A stretch of 64,000 bases of DNA from the sequence record OR529409.1. The stretch is one strand, 5' to 3'. How positions within the stretch are numbered: position 1 is the first letter of the stretch; every line of letters starts with the position of its first letter. This document shows, piece after piece, positions 55,588 through 64,000 of the stretch. The position numbers and the translations under genes were made by a program. A model generated the notes under the pieces. The model made no database searches. It was not told the origin of the DNA and was given only the letters and a program-made list of their open reading frames with translations.

Positions 55588-58500
55588 ATGTTTGCAAGTA
55601 AAGACGAATTAGAACTACATCTTGCAAGAGAAAAACTTGCTATGATAGGAGCGACAGAAAGTCAGCTCCCCGAATACCTGCTCGATGACGACACAGAAGC
55701 GCTTCCCATCAGGACCCCAGAAGAGTTGCTTCTAGCCCATTATCGAGAAGACACATTAAGTGCGATCAAAACGGTCAGGTTCTTAAAGGACTTCGAACGG
55801 TACAACGCCAAACCAGATATTACCACGAAGAATAAATCATTCTTAAAAGTAGCCGAGATCTTTCGGTTAATGGGGATAAAGAACTACTATTTCTGTTTGC
55901 AGTTGAATAACCCGTTATTAATCGGGGTTGATCCGTACGACCCTAATCTGACCGATGAACAAAAATTCATGATTCTCCAGGAGTGTCGAGAAAACTTCTG
56001 GTACTTTATTCGAGAAGTTCTTCATTTGAGTGGGGGTATTCAGTTCCAGGCAAACAGAGCAAACATCTGTTTCTTATGGTGTTATTTGTGCCACGTCAAC
56101 ACCATGCTTATCATTCCCCGCCAATTCGGAAAGCTCAGCAAGCTAGATTCCTTAGTGAAGATCCCAAACGGATGGCGTAGAATGGGCGACATCAAGATTA
56201 ATGATGTGGTTAGTACTCCAGATGGGGGTACAGCTAGAGTCTCTGGTGTTTATCCTCAGGGCGTTAAATCGTTATATCGGGTTACCTTTTATGACGGTCG
56301 TACGGCGGATGTTGGCGCCGAGCATTACTGGACTGTTTGGGACCCAGGTAAAGGCGACGGTGGCATCTGGCGCACACTCACTACGTTAGAATGCCAACAA
56401 CGCATGACTGAGATGAAGAAGTCGCATAACTATCTCTCCGTTCCTTTGGTTCAGCCTGATAATGACCCGGACAAGAAACTCGCCATTCATCCTTATGTCT
56501 TAGGTGTATTGCTGGGTGACGGCGGTATTTCTGGCAGTTCTGTTTTAATAACCAAACCCGACAAAGAACTTTACGATAAAGTCTGTAGTCTCATTCCTGA
56601 TACTCTAGTCGCCGAATGGTGTAATGAAAAAACATTTGTCATTAAGCGCAGACCTGATGTTGAAGAAAAGACTAACGTAATGAAAGATAGTCTTAAAAGT
56701 GTTGATCTGATGGGCCTTCGGTCCTGGGAGAAATTTGTTCCTACAGATTATTTAAACGGCTCTTATCGTCAGCGTTTAGAGTTGTTGCAGGGTTTACTCG
56801 ATACTGATGGACACGCAGGTACCGGTGGTAACATTGAGTACTGTACGACGTCCCCCAAACTCGCTAAAGACTTCGTTTACCTTGCTCGTAGCATCGGTGC
56901 TATCTGTACTTGTAAAGAACGCCAGACGTATTATACCGACAAAGGAGAACGTAAACCTGGTCGGGTTTCTTATCGCATTAGCGTTCGTTATACGAAACCC
57001 TGGGAACTCTTCACGTTAAGTCGTAAACGGGATCGTTTAGTTGACAAAACACGAGGGTTAAAATTTAACAGCCGTTTAACCATGCGTTCCATCGAGTATG
57101 TAGGGGAAGAAGAGACTCAGTGCATTGAAGTGGACCATCCTGATCATCTTTACATCATGGATGATTTCGTCGTCACTCATAATACTGTTTCTGCTCAGAG
57201 CATTATGTTCTGGCTAACTTACTTAACCGGGAAGTCTTACGAGTCCCACTTAATCACCCTGAAAGACGATAACCGTAGTCAGTTCGTAGAGGCGTTAAAG
57301 GGTATCCGTAACAACATCCCGAGTTACTTAACCAACGTAGGGTGGCGAGATAAGGATAGCGGTAACTCGTTAACCTATAGTGCGTTTGGGGATGATAAGA
57401 AGAACATCTTCCGTATTAGTGTACCGCAAATCGGTAGAGAAGCCGCTCGTAACGTTGGTCGTGGTTTGACTATCAAAACACGTATGATTGACGAACCGGC
57501 ATATATCAACTTCATGGAAGAGATACTTAACGGTGCAGGCCCTAGTACGCTAACGGCTCGTGCTAACGCCAGAAGAATAGGCGAACCTTATGGGACGGGA
57601 TTCATTACCACGCCTGCGAGTAAAACGACAGCCAGCGGCGAATACATGTACAATATGTTGATGGATGCGACCGAGTGGCGAGAAACGTTCTTCGACAGTT
57701 TTAACGAGAGTCATCTCTACCAGCGTTTGATTAAAGCGAGTCCTGTGGAGGGAATCACCAGCCCTACAGTAGGAATGGTTTTCAACTACTTGCAGCTGGG
57801 TAGGAATAAAGACTGGGTTAAGAAAACCATAGACGAGTTAAAACTCAGTTTAGCCGAAGCGAAGATCGACTTACTGTTAATGTGGGACGACGCCAGTAAA
57901 GGTAAGCTCTTCGACGACTTAACTCGAGAAGCGTTAAACGAGGGTAAACGAGGAATACTCTGGAGTCAGGAAGTAGGGAGCACGGGTTTGTTTATCGACT
58001 GGTTTATTACGCCAGAAGAACACACTCAAATCATTACTGGAAATAGTCAAACCTTTTACGTAGTCGGTTGTGATACTTCCGCTGCGCAAAACCGAGACGC
58101 CTGTACGGTAGTGATAAGAGATGTCATGGATGGTAAAGTCGTTGGGGTGGGTCGTTATCCAATAGCTTACTTAATGGACGTGGGCGAGGTATTACAGACG
58201 ATCCTGTTAGAAATTAAGAACAGTTTACTGATCATCGAGCGTAACTTCGCGCATCACATGATCGACCAACTGCTCGTTAGTCTTCCTGCATTGGGAATCG
58301 ATCCTTTTAAACGTATCTTTAATCAGATCATACAAGATCCGGTTAAGTACGAAAAAGAAATGATCGAGTTCAAACAACGTAATTTTGCTAATAGAGACAG
58401 TCACTTCTATCTGAGGTTCAAACATTTGTTTGGGTTCGTTACCAATGCCAAAACGCGTGACGAAGTATATAGTTTTATCCAAGAAGCGGTAGGAACCACT

Positions 58501-58986
58501 GGAGATAAAATTTATTATACTAAACTCATCGACGAACTGGTTAACCTCAAAGAGAAAGGGGGGAGGATCGACCACGAAAACAATAAACACGATGACCTGG
58601 TTATCGCTTGGTTGTTAGGATTCTGGTTCTTGAAACTGGGTAACAATAAAAGTGAATACGGAATTCCTCCAGGCATTAGTTTGAGTAAGATCACGCTTAT
58701 GCGGGTTGGGGATAGCAGAAACGAAGAAACCAACAGCGCGCACAATGAAGCGATGGTTGCACTCTATCGTCGTAAAGTTGAAGAGCTGAGCGACAGGCTC
58801 ATTAAAACCACCGACAATACCGTAGCTCAAAGGATCGAGTACATGATTGACAAACTCAGCAGCATGATCCCTCAAGATAAGCGTAAGAGTTTGACTATCG
58901 ATGAAATCGTTAGAAAGGCCAAGGAGGAAAGAAGTCGTCGAGTATTGGAAGCACGTAAGTTACGCAGTCGTTACGCGTACATGTAA
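55588..58986 (+). CDS. terL: Terminase large subunit (phiKZ gp25-like), intein-containing
   Basis: FQANRAN, Walker A PRQFGK|T split by the intein, MIDEPAY Walker B, GCDTS, IIERN and HDDLVIAW nuclease motifs; AGGA RBS before ATG 55588. Confidence 0.93.
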   Translation: MFASKDELELHLAREKLAMIGATESQLPEYLLDDDTEALPIRTPEELLLAHYREDTLSAIKTVRFLKDFERYNAKPDITTKNKSFLKVAEIFRLMGIKNYYFCLQLNNPLLIGVDPYDPNLTDEQKFMILQECRENFWYFIREVLHLSGGIQFQANRANICFLWCYLCHVNTMLIIPRQFGKLSKLDSLVKIPNGWRRMGDIKINDVVSTPDGGTARVSGVYPQGVKSLYRVTFYDGRTADVGAEHYWTVWDPGKGDGGIWRTLTTLECQQRMTEMKKSHNYLSVPLVQPDNDPDKKLAIHPYVLGVLLGDGGISGSSVLITKPDKELYDKVCSLIPDTLVAEWCNEKTFVIKRRPDVEEKTNVMKDSLKSVDLMGLRSWEKFVPTDYLNGSYRQRLELLQGLLDTDGHAGTGGNIEYCTTSPKLAKDFVYLARSIGAICTCKERQTYYTDKGERKPGRVSYRISVRYTKPWELFTLSRKRDRLVDKTRGLKFNSRLTMRSIEYVGEEETQCIEVDHPDHLYIMDDFVVTHNTVSAQSIMFWLTYLTGKSYESHLITLKDDNRSQFVEALKGIRNNIPSYLTNVGWRDKDSGNSLTYSAFGDDKKNIFRISVPQIGREAARNVGRGLTIKTRMIDEPAYINFMEEILNGAGPSTLTARANARRIGEPYGTGFITTPASKTTASGEYMYNMLMDATEWRETFFDSFNESHLYQRLIKASPVEGITSPTVGMVFNYLQLGRNKDWVKKTIDELKLSLAEAKIDLLLMWDDASKGKLFDDLTREALNEGKRGILWSQEVGSTGLFIDWFITPEEHTQIITGNSQTFYVVGCDTSAAQNRDACTVVIRDVMDGKVVGVGRYPIAYLMDVGEVLQTILLEIKNSLLIIERNFAHHMIDQLLVSLPALGIDPFKRIFNQIIQDPVKYEKEMIEFKQRNFANRDSHFYLRFKHLFGFVTNAKTRDEVYSFIQEAVGTTGDKIYYTKLIDELVNLKEKGGRIDHENNKHDDLVIAWLLGFWFLKLGNNKSEYGIPPGISLSKITLMRVGDSRNEETNSAHNEAMVALYRRKVEELSDRLIKTTDNTVAQRIEYMIDKLSSMIPQDKRKSLTIDEIVRKAKEERSRRVLEARKLRSRYAYM
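56134..57183 (+). mobile_element. 350-aa class-3-type intein with a LAGLIDADG homing endonuclease
   Basis: Block A LSKLDSLVKIPNGWRRMGDI; block B AEHYW; LGVLLGDG and LQGLLDTDG; block F TQCIEV; block G VVTHN|T. Confidence 0.93.
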
Positions 58987-58996
58987 ATTTTTATAA

Positions 58997-59017
58997 GTCT
59001 ACATTATCATGGTGTAA
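58997..59017 (+). promoter_or_regulatory. Early-type promoter, exact 21-bp copy of 7070..7090
   Basis: GTCTACATTATCATGGTGTAA, followed by TTTTAGGAGTTAACACCATG. Confidence 0.7.
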
Positions 59018-59047
59018 ACCTCAAATAAACTTTTAGGAGTTAACACC

Positions 59048-59263
59048 ATGAATAAATACAACGTTACCTTTATCCGTCACGACGATACTCTGGTCGCTAA
59101 CGTTCCTTGTGTCAACGAGGAAAAGGATGTGTTACTCGGAGGTGGGTTGGTCGATTCTCGTTTAGGTCAACTCGAAGTTGATATCAAAACGGGAACTCTG
59201 GTTCTCAGATCCAATTGCGCCAACGATTCACTCACGACGGAATGTCGGCTGCATTACATTTAA
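59048..59263 (+). CDS. 71-aa hypothetical protein in its own transcription unit
   Basis: Promoter, AGGAG RBS and a terminator hairpin bracket the ORF. Confidence 0.75.
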   Translation: MNKYNVTFIRHDDTLVANVPCVNEEKDVLLGGGLVDSRLGQLEVDIKTGTLVLRSNCANDSLTTECRLHYI

Positions 59264-59267
59264 CATT

Positions 59268-59299
59268 ATACCCCTACGGCGTAATCGCCGTAGGGGTAT
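59268..59299. terminator. Bidirectional terminator hairpin
   Basis: ATACCCCTACGGCG-TAAT-CGCCGTAGGGGTAT between convergent genes. Confidence 0.85.
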
Positions 59300-59308
59300 G
59301 GTTTTTAT

Positions 59309-59914
59309 TTAGTTTTTAATGTAATCTACTAAAGATTCAAAATCACCGTCGTAGAAATACGGTTTAATTTTGATTAAAGAACAAGCCGCAGACAGAGCAT
59401 TTTCGTAACGATGAACGAATCGTTCAAAATACTCTCGATTGAGAAGACGGGTTTCTTGATCATCTAAAACTGATCTGGATCCCGCTCTTTGTAAAAACGT
59501 ATCGTGATCGATTTTTACAAAGATAAGTTTATCAGGATACATTTGGGTGTTGAATATTTTTAAAGCCTTTACGTTGCGTTCTATAACACTGTAAAGACCT
59601 ATTCGACCGTTACCCTGATAAACCGCAGTAGAAATGAAGCAGCGATCGGAAATAACTGTCTTCCCTTGGTTTAAAGCAGGAACAACAACTTTATCCCCTA
59701 ACTCTATTCGCTGAGCAATAGCGAGATAAAGCTTTGCTTCTTCACAAATCCCATTATCGATAATGAGATTACGAATGGTTAACAAAGAGTCTGGAGTCTT
59801 AGCCGGTTCCTCCACTTGAAGAACGTCGTAATTATCGGTCTTCAATCTCTCTGTTAGTTGTTTGGTTAAAGTTGACTTACCCGCTAAGTCCATGCCTTCG
59901 AGAACAATGTACAT
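59309..59914 (-). CDS. tmk: Thymidylate kinase
   Basis: IVLEGMDLAGKST P-loop, EEP, ISDRCFISTAVYQG; AGGAG RBS. Confidence 0.95.
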   Translation of the reverse strand: MYIVLEGMDLAGKSTLTKQLTERLKTDNYDVLQVEEPAKTPDSLLTIRNLIIDNGICEEAKLYLAIAQRIELGDKVVVPALNQGKTVISDRCFISTAVYQGNGRIGLYSVIERNVKALKIFNTQMYPDKLIFVKIDHDTFLQRAGSRSVLDDQETRLLNREYFERFVHRYENALSAACSLIKIKPYFYDGDFESLVDYIKN

Positions 59915-59984
59915 AGTGAATTTCTCCTGTAGATTTTTATCACTATAACTTATTTATAACCGTTTTAATTTAGGAGTTAGTATC

Positions 59985-60395
59985 ATGACCGAAGAAGAAT
60001 TTAAAGAGAAAGTAAAATACATTATGGATCACTATGGATATAGTGAACAAACCGCAATTGACGCACTGAATATGGTCAATACCATCAACGAAGGAATGAG
60101 GCGAGGGGAGTTTTATTATTTATCGGCGTCAACCCCTCCTGAAAAATCGGTCTTTCATAACGCCGACAGTAATTCCGCTACACCTGAAAACAAAGTAGCG
60201 AGTATGAAACTTTTTATCTTCGATTATTACAACAATCTTAAACCGGGTATGGTTTTCGCTTATAATCAAGAAGAAGCGATCGCCATGATCAAAGAAGCGG
60301 GGATTACGGGTCAGCCAGATAAGTTTTATTCTTCCGCTAAAGAAATTGAAATTCCTGTCGATCCCACTTACGTTCGTTACAATTCCGGAGAATAA
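59985..60395 (+). CDS. Hypothetical protein
   Basis: AGGAG RBS; N-terminal UBA-like helical motif. Confidence 0.7.
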   Translation: MTEEEFKEKVKYIMDHYGYSEQTAIDALNMVNTINEGMRRGEFYYLSASTPPEKSVFHNADSNSATPENKVASMKLFIFDYYNNLKPGMVFAYNQEEAIAMIKEAGITGQPDKFYSSAKEIEIPVDPTYVRYNSGE

Positions 60396-60397
60396 AA

Positions 60398-61324
60398 ATG
60401 GAAAATAAAGATGATTCTTTTTTATCTAAATCAGATTACCCTCAAAATGGATTAAGAACTCCGTTTGATCTTGTCGACGATTATCAAGAAAATAAAAAGG
60501 GCGTGGTTAGACTCACCTTACCTAACGATCAACTCCCTAAAGATGCTCAGGGCCGGACCCCTGACTTACGGTCGGACGGTTCTCCTGCCTTTAGAAGAGA
60601 AGATCTTTTTAAAGGCTTGCGGGCCGTCGAAATCACGCCTGTACCAGAAGAATCATCGGACTCCGGTAATGCGCAACAACAAAGAATCGAACTTCTGATC
60701 AAAAAGATAGCAGAGATGTTTGATTGTTCTGAAGAACGGGCAGCGGGCATCGTAAAGGAAGCCCTGGCCCAAAGGAACATAGACCAAACGCTAGACAGTA
60801 TGTTTGATAACATTAGCGAATTTCAGGAAATCGGGATTGTAAATGGAATGCCTCCAAAACTCATCCCTCCCGCCTCTGGTGTCACGTGGATCAATTTAGT
60901 AGATCCAGAAACCGGAGAACCCATTAAGAAAGAAGATTTGCTTAAATATATTCCTGATGTTGATTTGGAAGAGGCATATCCGGGTACTCGTAAAACAAAC
61001 CCTGAGCTATACCGGACTTCACCTTATCCGACTCCCGAAGAGATGATTACTTCTCAGAACATCGGGATGGGTAAGTTGGTACACGTTACCGACAAATGGT
61101 TCTTCTATCGTCATCACCAATTCCACAACATTCATCACAAACGTCGTAGAGCACACTTCGATGAAATCAGTCTTATGCTGATGCGTTTTAACTGGGCTCG
61201 GTACAAAGAAGAGCTGCATAAGAAGAAATATCATATCTTCGATAAGACCCCTCGGGCTAAGGCTGAACGTTTAGCACTTAAACGTTCGAGAGAAAAGATT
61301 AAACCAACTTTGATGATTAGTTGA
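60398..61324 (+). CDS. Hypothetical protein
   Basis: 308 aa, GGAG RBS, basic His-rich C-terminus. Confidence 0.7.
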   Translation: MENKDDSFLSKSDYPQNGLRTPFDLVDDYQENKKGVVRLTLPNDQLPKDAQGRTPDLRSDGSPAFRREDLFKGLRAVEITPVPEESSDSGNAQQQRIELLIKKIAEMFDCSEERAAGIVKEALAQRNIDQTLDSMFDNISEFQEIGIVNGMPPKLIPPASGVTWINLVDPETGEPIKKEDLLKYIPDVDLEEAYPGTRKTNPELYRTSPYPTPEEMITSQNIGMGKLVHVTDKWFFYRHHQFHNIHHKRRRAHFDEISLMLMRFNWARYKEELHKKKYHIFDKTPRAKAERLALKRSREKIKPTLMIS

Positions 61325-61632
61325 GGTTAGGCGTGGAGATTCCATTAGTAAGTTCAGGGGTTGGGATACACGATAGGTATTACGAGGTAATCAGATGTGG
61401 TTTTAACGAGTGTTTAAATCGCTTGGACGATGAAAACAATCAGGCTAGTCACAAAGATTATCACGGCAATGTTTTTACGGTATGTCGACTAAAACCTAAT
61501 GACGGGTCTATTCCTATTTATTCTTTCCGGGTAGGAGAGCGGACCCTGTTAACAGGGGTAACTGATCCGAGTACGGTTGACCTGACGGAATACCGTAATC
61601 TTTTTAGGTTTATTAAAATCAAAGGTTATTGA
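61321..61632 (+). CDS. Hypothetical protein
   Basis: 4-nt overlap with the previous gene; TTG start. Confidence 0.55.
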   Translation: MRLGVEIPLVSSGVGIHDRYYEVIRCGFNECLNRLDDENNQASHKDYHGNVFTVCRLKPNDGSIPIYSFRVGERTLLTGVTDPSTVDLTEYRNLFRFIKIKGY

Positions 61633-61634
61633 CG

Positions 61635-62066
61635 ATGAATGAACAAGCCACTTATAAATCAGGTTATCTCCCCATCCAACTCGAAGGGTGTTCTAAAGAA
61701 CAACTCATTGACATCAACGACCAGTTATTCAGCAGACTTAAAGAACTTCGTAAAACCTATCTTCCGGGAGATTACGAAATCACCCTCATCACCGATATTC
61801 TGAAAGGCAAGGAGCCCGAAAAGAATAGTTTCTTTTACAGTCTGACCTGTGTCAGGAATAACTGCTTAATGGAAAACCCTGTTTCAGAACTTAAAATCAA
61901 ATTAAATTCTGTGGCAATTTTCCCTTACTCTTGGGTTATCAGGGGTCATAAAGCCAGAAACGATAAAGATCCCGAAATTAAAAGATTGAAGAAACACCTC
62001 TTTCGGATTTATAAACACAATCTTCATAAGCGGTCTAAATTCCATAAATTAAGGAAAGGTCAATGA
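61635..62066 (+). CDS. Hypothetical protein
   Basis: AAGGT RBS before ATG 61635; basic C-terminus. Confidence 0.65.
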   Translation: MNEQATYKSGYLPIQLEGCSKEQLIDINDQLFSRLKELRKTYLPGDYEITLITDILKGKEPEKNSFFYSLTCVRNNCLMENPVSELKIKLNSVAIFPYSWVIRGHKARNDKDPEIKRLKKHLFRIYKHNLHKRSKFHKLRKGQ

Positions 62067-62383
62067 GATCTTTTACGCAACCCTTTATGATACATCGATA
62101 CCCTAGTGTCGATAAGTTCATAAAGGAACCCGGGAACAAATCTCTGTTGTTATTGAGCTTCTTCAACTTAGAGATCAAAATCAAAAACGCAGAGCTTAGG
62201 GCTGTTAACAATCCATTTCCAGGAGATGTGTTCTTTACTGAGGAAGTCGGTAACGATAAAATTCTCTTAGTTGTCCGGGTTAACCTCGGTACCGGGGAAC
62301 GTTACTACCAACTCAATAATCTGGAATGGGTTGTTTGCACTAACTCTCTCACGGTGAGAGAACTCACCTTACTTTTAAATTAA
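62063..62383 (+). CDS. Hypothetical protein
   Basis: ATGA overlap, AAGGA RBS. Confidence 0.65.
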   Translation: MRSFTQPFMIHRYPSVDKFIKEPGNKSLLLLSFFNLEIKIKNAELRAVNNPFPGDVFFTEEVGNDKILLVVRVNLGTGERYYQLNNLEWVVCTNSLTVRELTLLLN

Positions 62384-62404
62384 CTTATCTTTAGGAAAAC
62401 CGCC

Positions 62405-62926
62405 ATGTATAAACTTTATTGCGCGTTCCCTGGTTGTGGAAAATCAACCATTTACAATGACGCTGAATCATTTGGGTTCTTCCCTATGATAACCATACCT
62501 GGATTCATAACTAGTATGTCAATGAAGGCGTTCAAGGATAATCTAAAGCCTCTTTTCGATTCAGATAGTTCTCAGTTTGACAAGGTTGAATTCCCGCAAA
62601 ATTACATTCAACATATTAAGTCGCACATCGACTTCTGTTCAGGTGTCATGCCCGGCCTGACAATGTTCGTCAGCTCCCATGATGTGGTAAGAAAGGCATT
62701 AAAAGAAAATGCTTTGGATTACACGCTGGTTTATCCGGACAGGTCCTTAAAAGAGGAATGGATAGAACGCTACAATAAACGAGGTTCCCCGCAATCGTTT
62801 ATTGATCTTCTTACCAATAAGTGGGACGATTTCATTGACTCATGTGAAAGCGACGACGGATGTAAAGAGCGGTTCGTACTTCAATCTGGTCAAGGCCTAT
62901 CGGATATCATTAAATCCTCCCTCTAA
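62405..62926 (+). CDS. P-loop NTPase/kinase-like protein
   Basis: CAFPGCGKST Walker A; DSDSS and VYP..SLKEEWIERY..RG motifs of a phage kinase-like family. Confidence 0.75.
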   Translation: MYKLYCAFPGCGKSTIYNDAESFGFFPMITIPGFITSMSMKAFKDNLKPLFDSDSSQFDKVEFPQNYIQHIKSHIDFCSGVMPGLTMFVSSHDVVRKALKENALDYTLVYPDRSLKEEWIERYNKRGSPQSFIDLLTNKWDDFIDSCESDDGCKERFVLQSGQGLSDIIKSSL

Positions 62927-62941
62927 TTTAGGGTAATCATC

Positions 62942-63448
62942 ATGAAAGACGTTAAAGTTATCGGTCAAACAGAACAACGCGTCATCGACAAAGCACGCGC
63001 CTACAATAACCTCGTCAATGAAACCGATTTCGGAGACGGTAAAATCAAAACGGTTAACGAAGCTATCGTCCAACGCCTGCTCTGTGAAGCAGAGGAGCTC
63101 GGTTTAGATATCGATCAAGAACCGTTTGCTTCTCTGGGGAATCGCCAATTCACATTCTACCGCGTCCCGGAAGAAACCCATCGGTATCCTTGGTACCATC
63201 ATGTCAACAGTTTCTGTCAAGTTGAGCAGGCGTTACAAAACGGCGAATCTTCCGAATGGCAGCTCGACATTAAAGGCATGCTTTATAAAGTATCTGTTGA
63301 CCGTTCGACAGGAACCAGAGCTTACCATATCAATGACCAACGTATCTGCGATTGCACCGGTACTCCGACGTTACAAGATTTCAAAGATCTCTTCTCCGAA
63401 GAACGTCGTCGTTATTTCCAGCGATTAGAGCAGACCCTTCGGGGTTAG
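62942..63448 (+). CDS. Hypothetical protein
   Basis: AGGG RBS, 168 aa. Confidence 0.7.
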   Translation: MKDVKVIGQTEQRVIDKARAYNNLVNETDFGDGKIKTVNEAIVQRLLCEAEELGLDIDQEPFASLGNRQFTFYRVPEETHRYPWYHHVNSFCQVEQALQNGESSEWQLDIKGMLYKVSVDRSTGTRAYHINDQRICDCTGTPTLQDFKDLFSEERRRYFQRLEQTLRG

Positions 63449-63456
63449 GAGTTGAG

Positions 63457-63948
63457 ATGGATAAGAAAGGTCAAGGTTCTCTTTACGGTAAACTCTCCTT
63501 TTTGGGTTTTCGCACCGGTGAAAACCCAAAGGAAGGTTTCGATCTTCTAGATTTCGTATGGGGGGTGACACCCGGTGAACTTTCCAATTCCGAAGTAATG
63601 GGGGTGTATTTAGATCCGTTCTCGCTTAAAGTAGAGAAAGTGGTGCTGAAGACGGGCGAAGAGATAATGACGGCCGGATGTACTCTAAACTACTCGGGTA
63701 TAGCTGCTAATCACACAAGTCATATCTACCATGTCCGGGCGGAGGTCTATGGAAGGGGTAATTGCGACTTCGGATTAATTTATGATCACGAAACTGAGAA
63801 ACTCCATTTCATTGAACGCAGCGATATTAACATCAAAGAAAGTGAGGAGCTTCAACACGCAACTATTGAAAAACTCATACTTTCTTACGACGTGGTAAAA
63901 TTCGAAGGTAGTCCGCAAGAATATATCGAATTTATGAAAACTCGTTAA
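63457..63948 (+). CDS. Hypothetical protein
   Basis: AGGAG RBS before ATG 63457; ends at a hairpin. Confidence 0.7.
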   Translation: MDKKGQGSLYGKLSFLGFRTGENPKEGFDLLDFVWGVTPGELSNSEVMGVYLDPFSLKVEKVVLKTGEEIMTAGCTLNYSGIAANHTSHIYHVRAEVYGRGNCDFGLIYDHETEKLHFIERSDINIKESEELQHATIEKLILSYDVVKFEGSPQEYIEFMKTR

Positions 63949-63955
63949 AACCAAC

Positions 63956-63990
63956 TATACCCTCCTCCCCTTATCGGGGAGGAGGGTATA
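63956..63990. terminator. Hairpin (C-rich/G-rich family)
   Basis: TATACCCTCCTCCCC-TTATC-GGGGAGGAGGGTATA followed by a T-tract. Confidence 0.8.
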
Positions 63991-64000
63991 ACTTATTTTT

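Noticed and set aside
1-64000. CRISPR array, tRNA or rRNA genes
   Set aside because: The hairpins are dispersed singly at gene junctions rather than regularly spaced, and I recognised no cloverleaf or rRNA signature in the short intergenic gaps (checked by eye only).

Overview
A 64-kb segment of a phiKZ-related jumbo myophage genome. Its layout resembles Pseudomonas phages EL/OBP: a phage GroEL, then tape measure - virion RNAP beta' - beta - endolysin - prohead protease. The left part is an early/accessory block (LysM, XRE HTH, HslV-like protein, GroEL, HNH endonuclease, thymidine kinase). It is followed by an SF2 helicase, an RNase H-family protein, a UvsX/RecA-like protein, four virion RNA polymerase subunits, a GH19-bearing tape measure, a modular endolysin, the prohead protease, tail tube and sheath, baseplate-region proteins, an intein-containing terminase large subunit, thymidylate kinase and hypothetical genes. 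About 20 intergenic hairpins and a recurring TATATTAC-like early promoter are visible. I saw no tRNA, rRNA or CRISPR array. The most striking unannotated item is a 46-aa ORF (46874..47014) that joins a mimic of the ribonucleotide reductase beta (NrdB) C-terminal docking tail to a mimic of the alpha (NrdA) C-terminal redox dithiol tail. Also notable: an HNH gene inserted into the 5' end of tdk that leaves a tdk stub and supplies a recoded N-terminus; a class-3 (WCT) intein starting with Leu; and apparently inactive paralogs of the prohead protease and RNase H. Orthology to phiKZ/SPN3US/EL genes comes from recalled motifs and synteny, not from searches.
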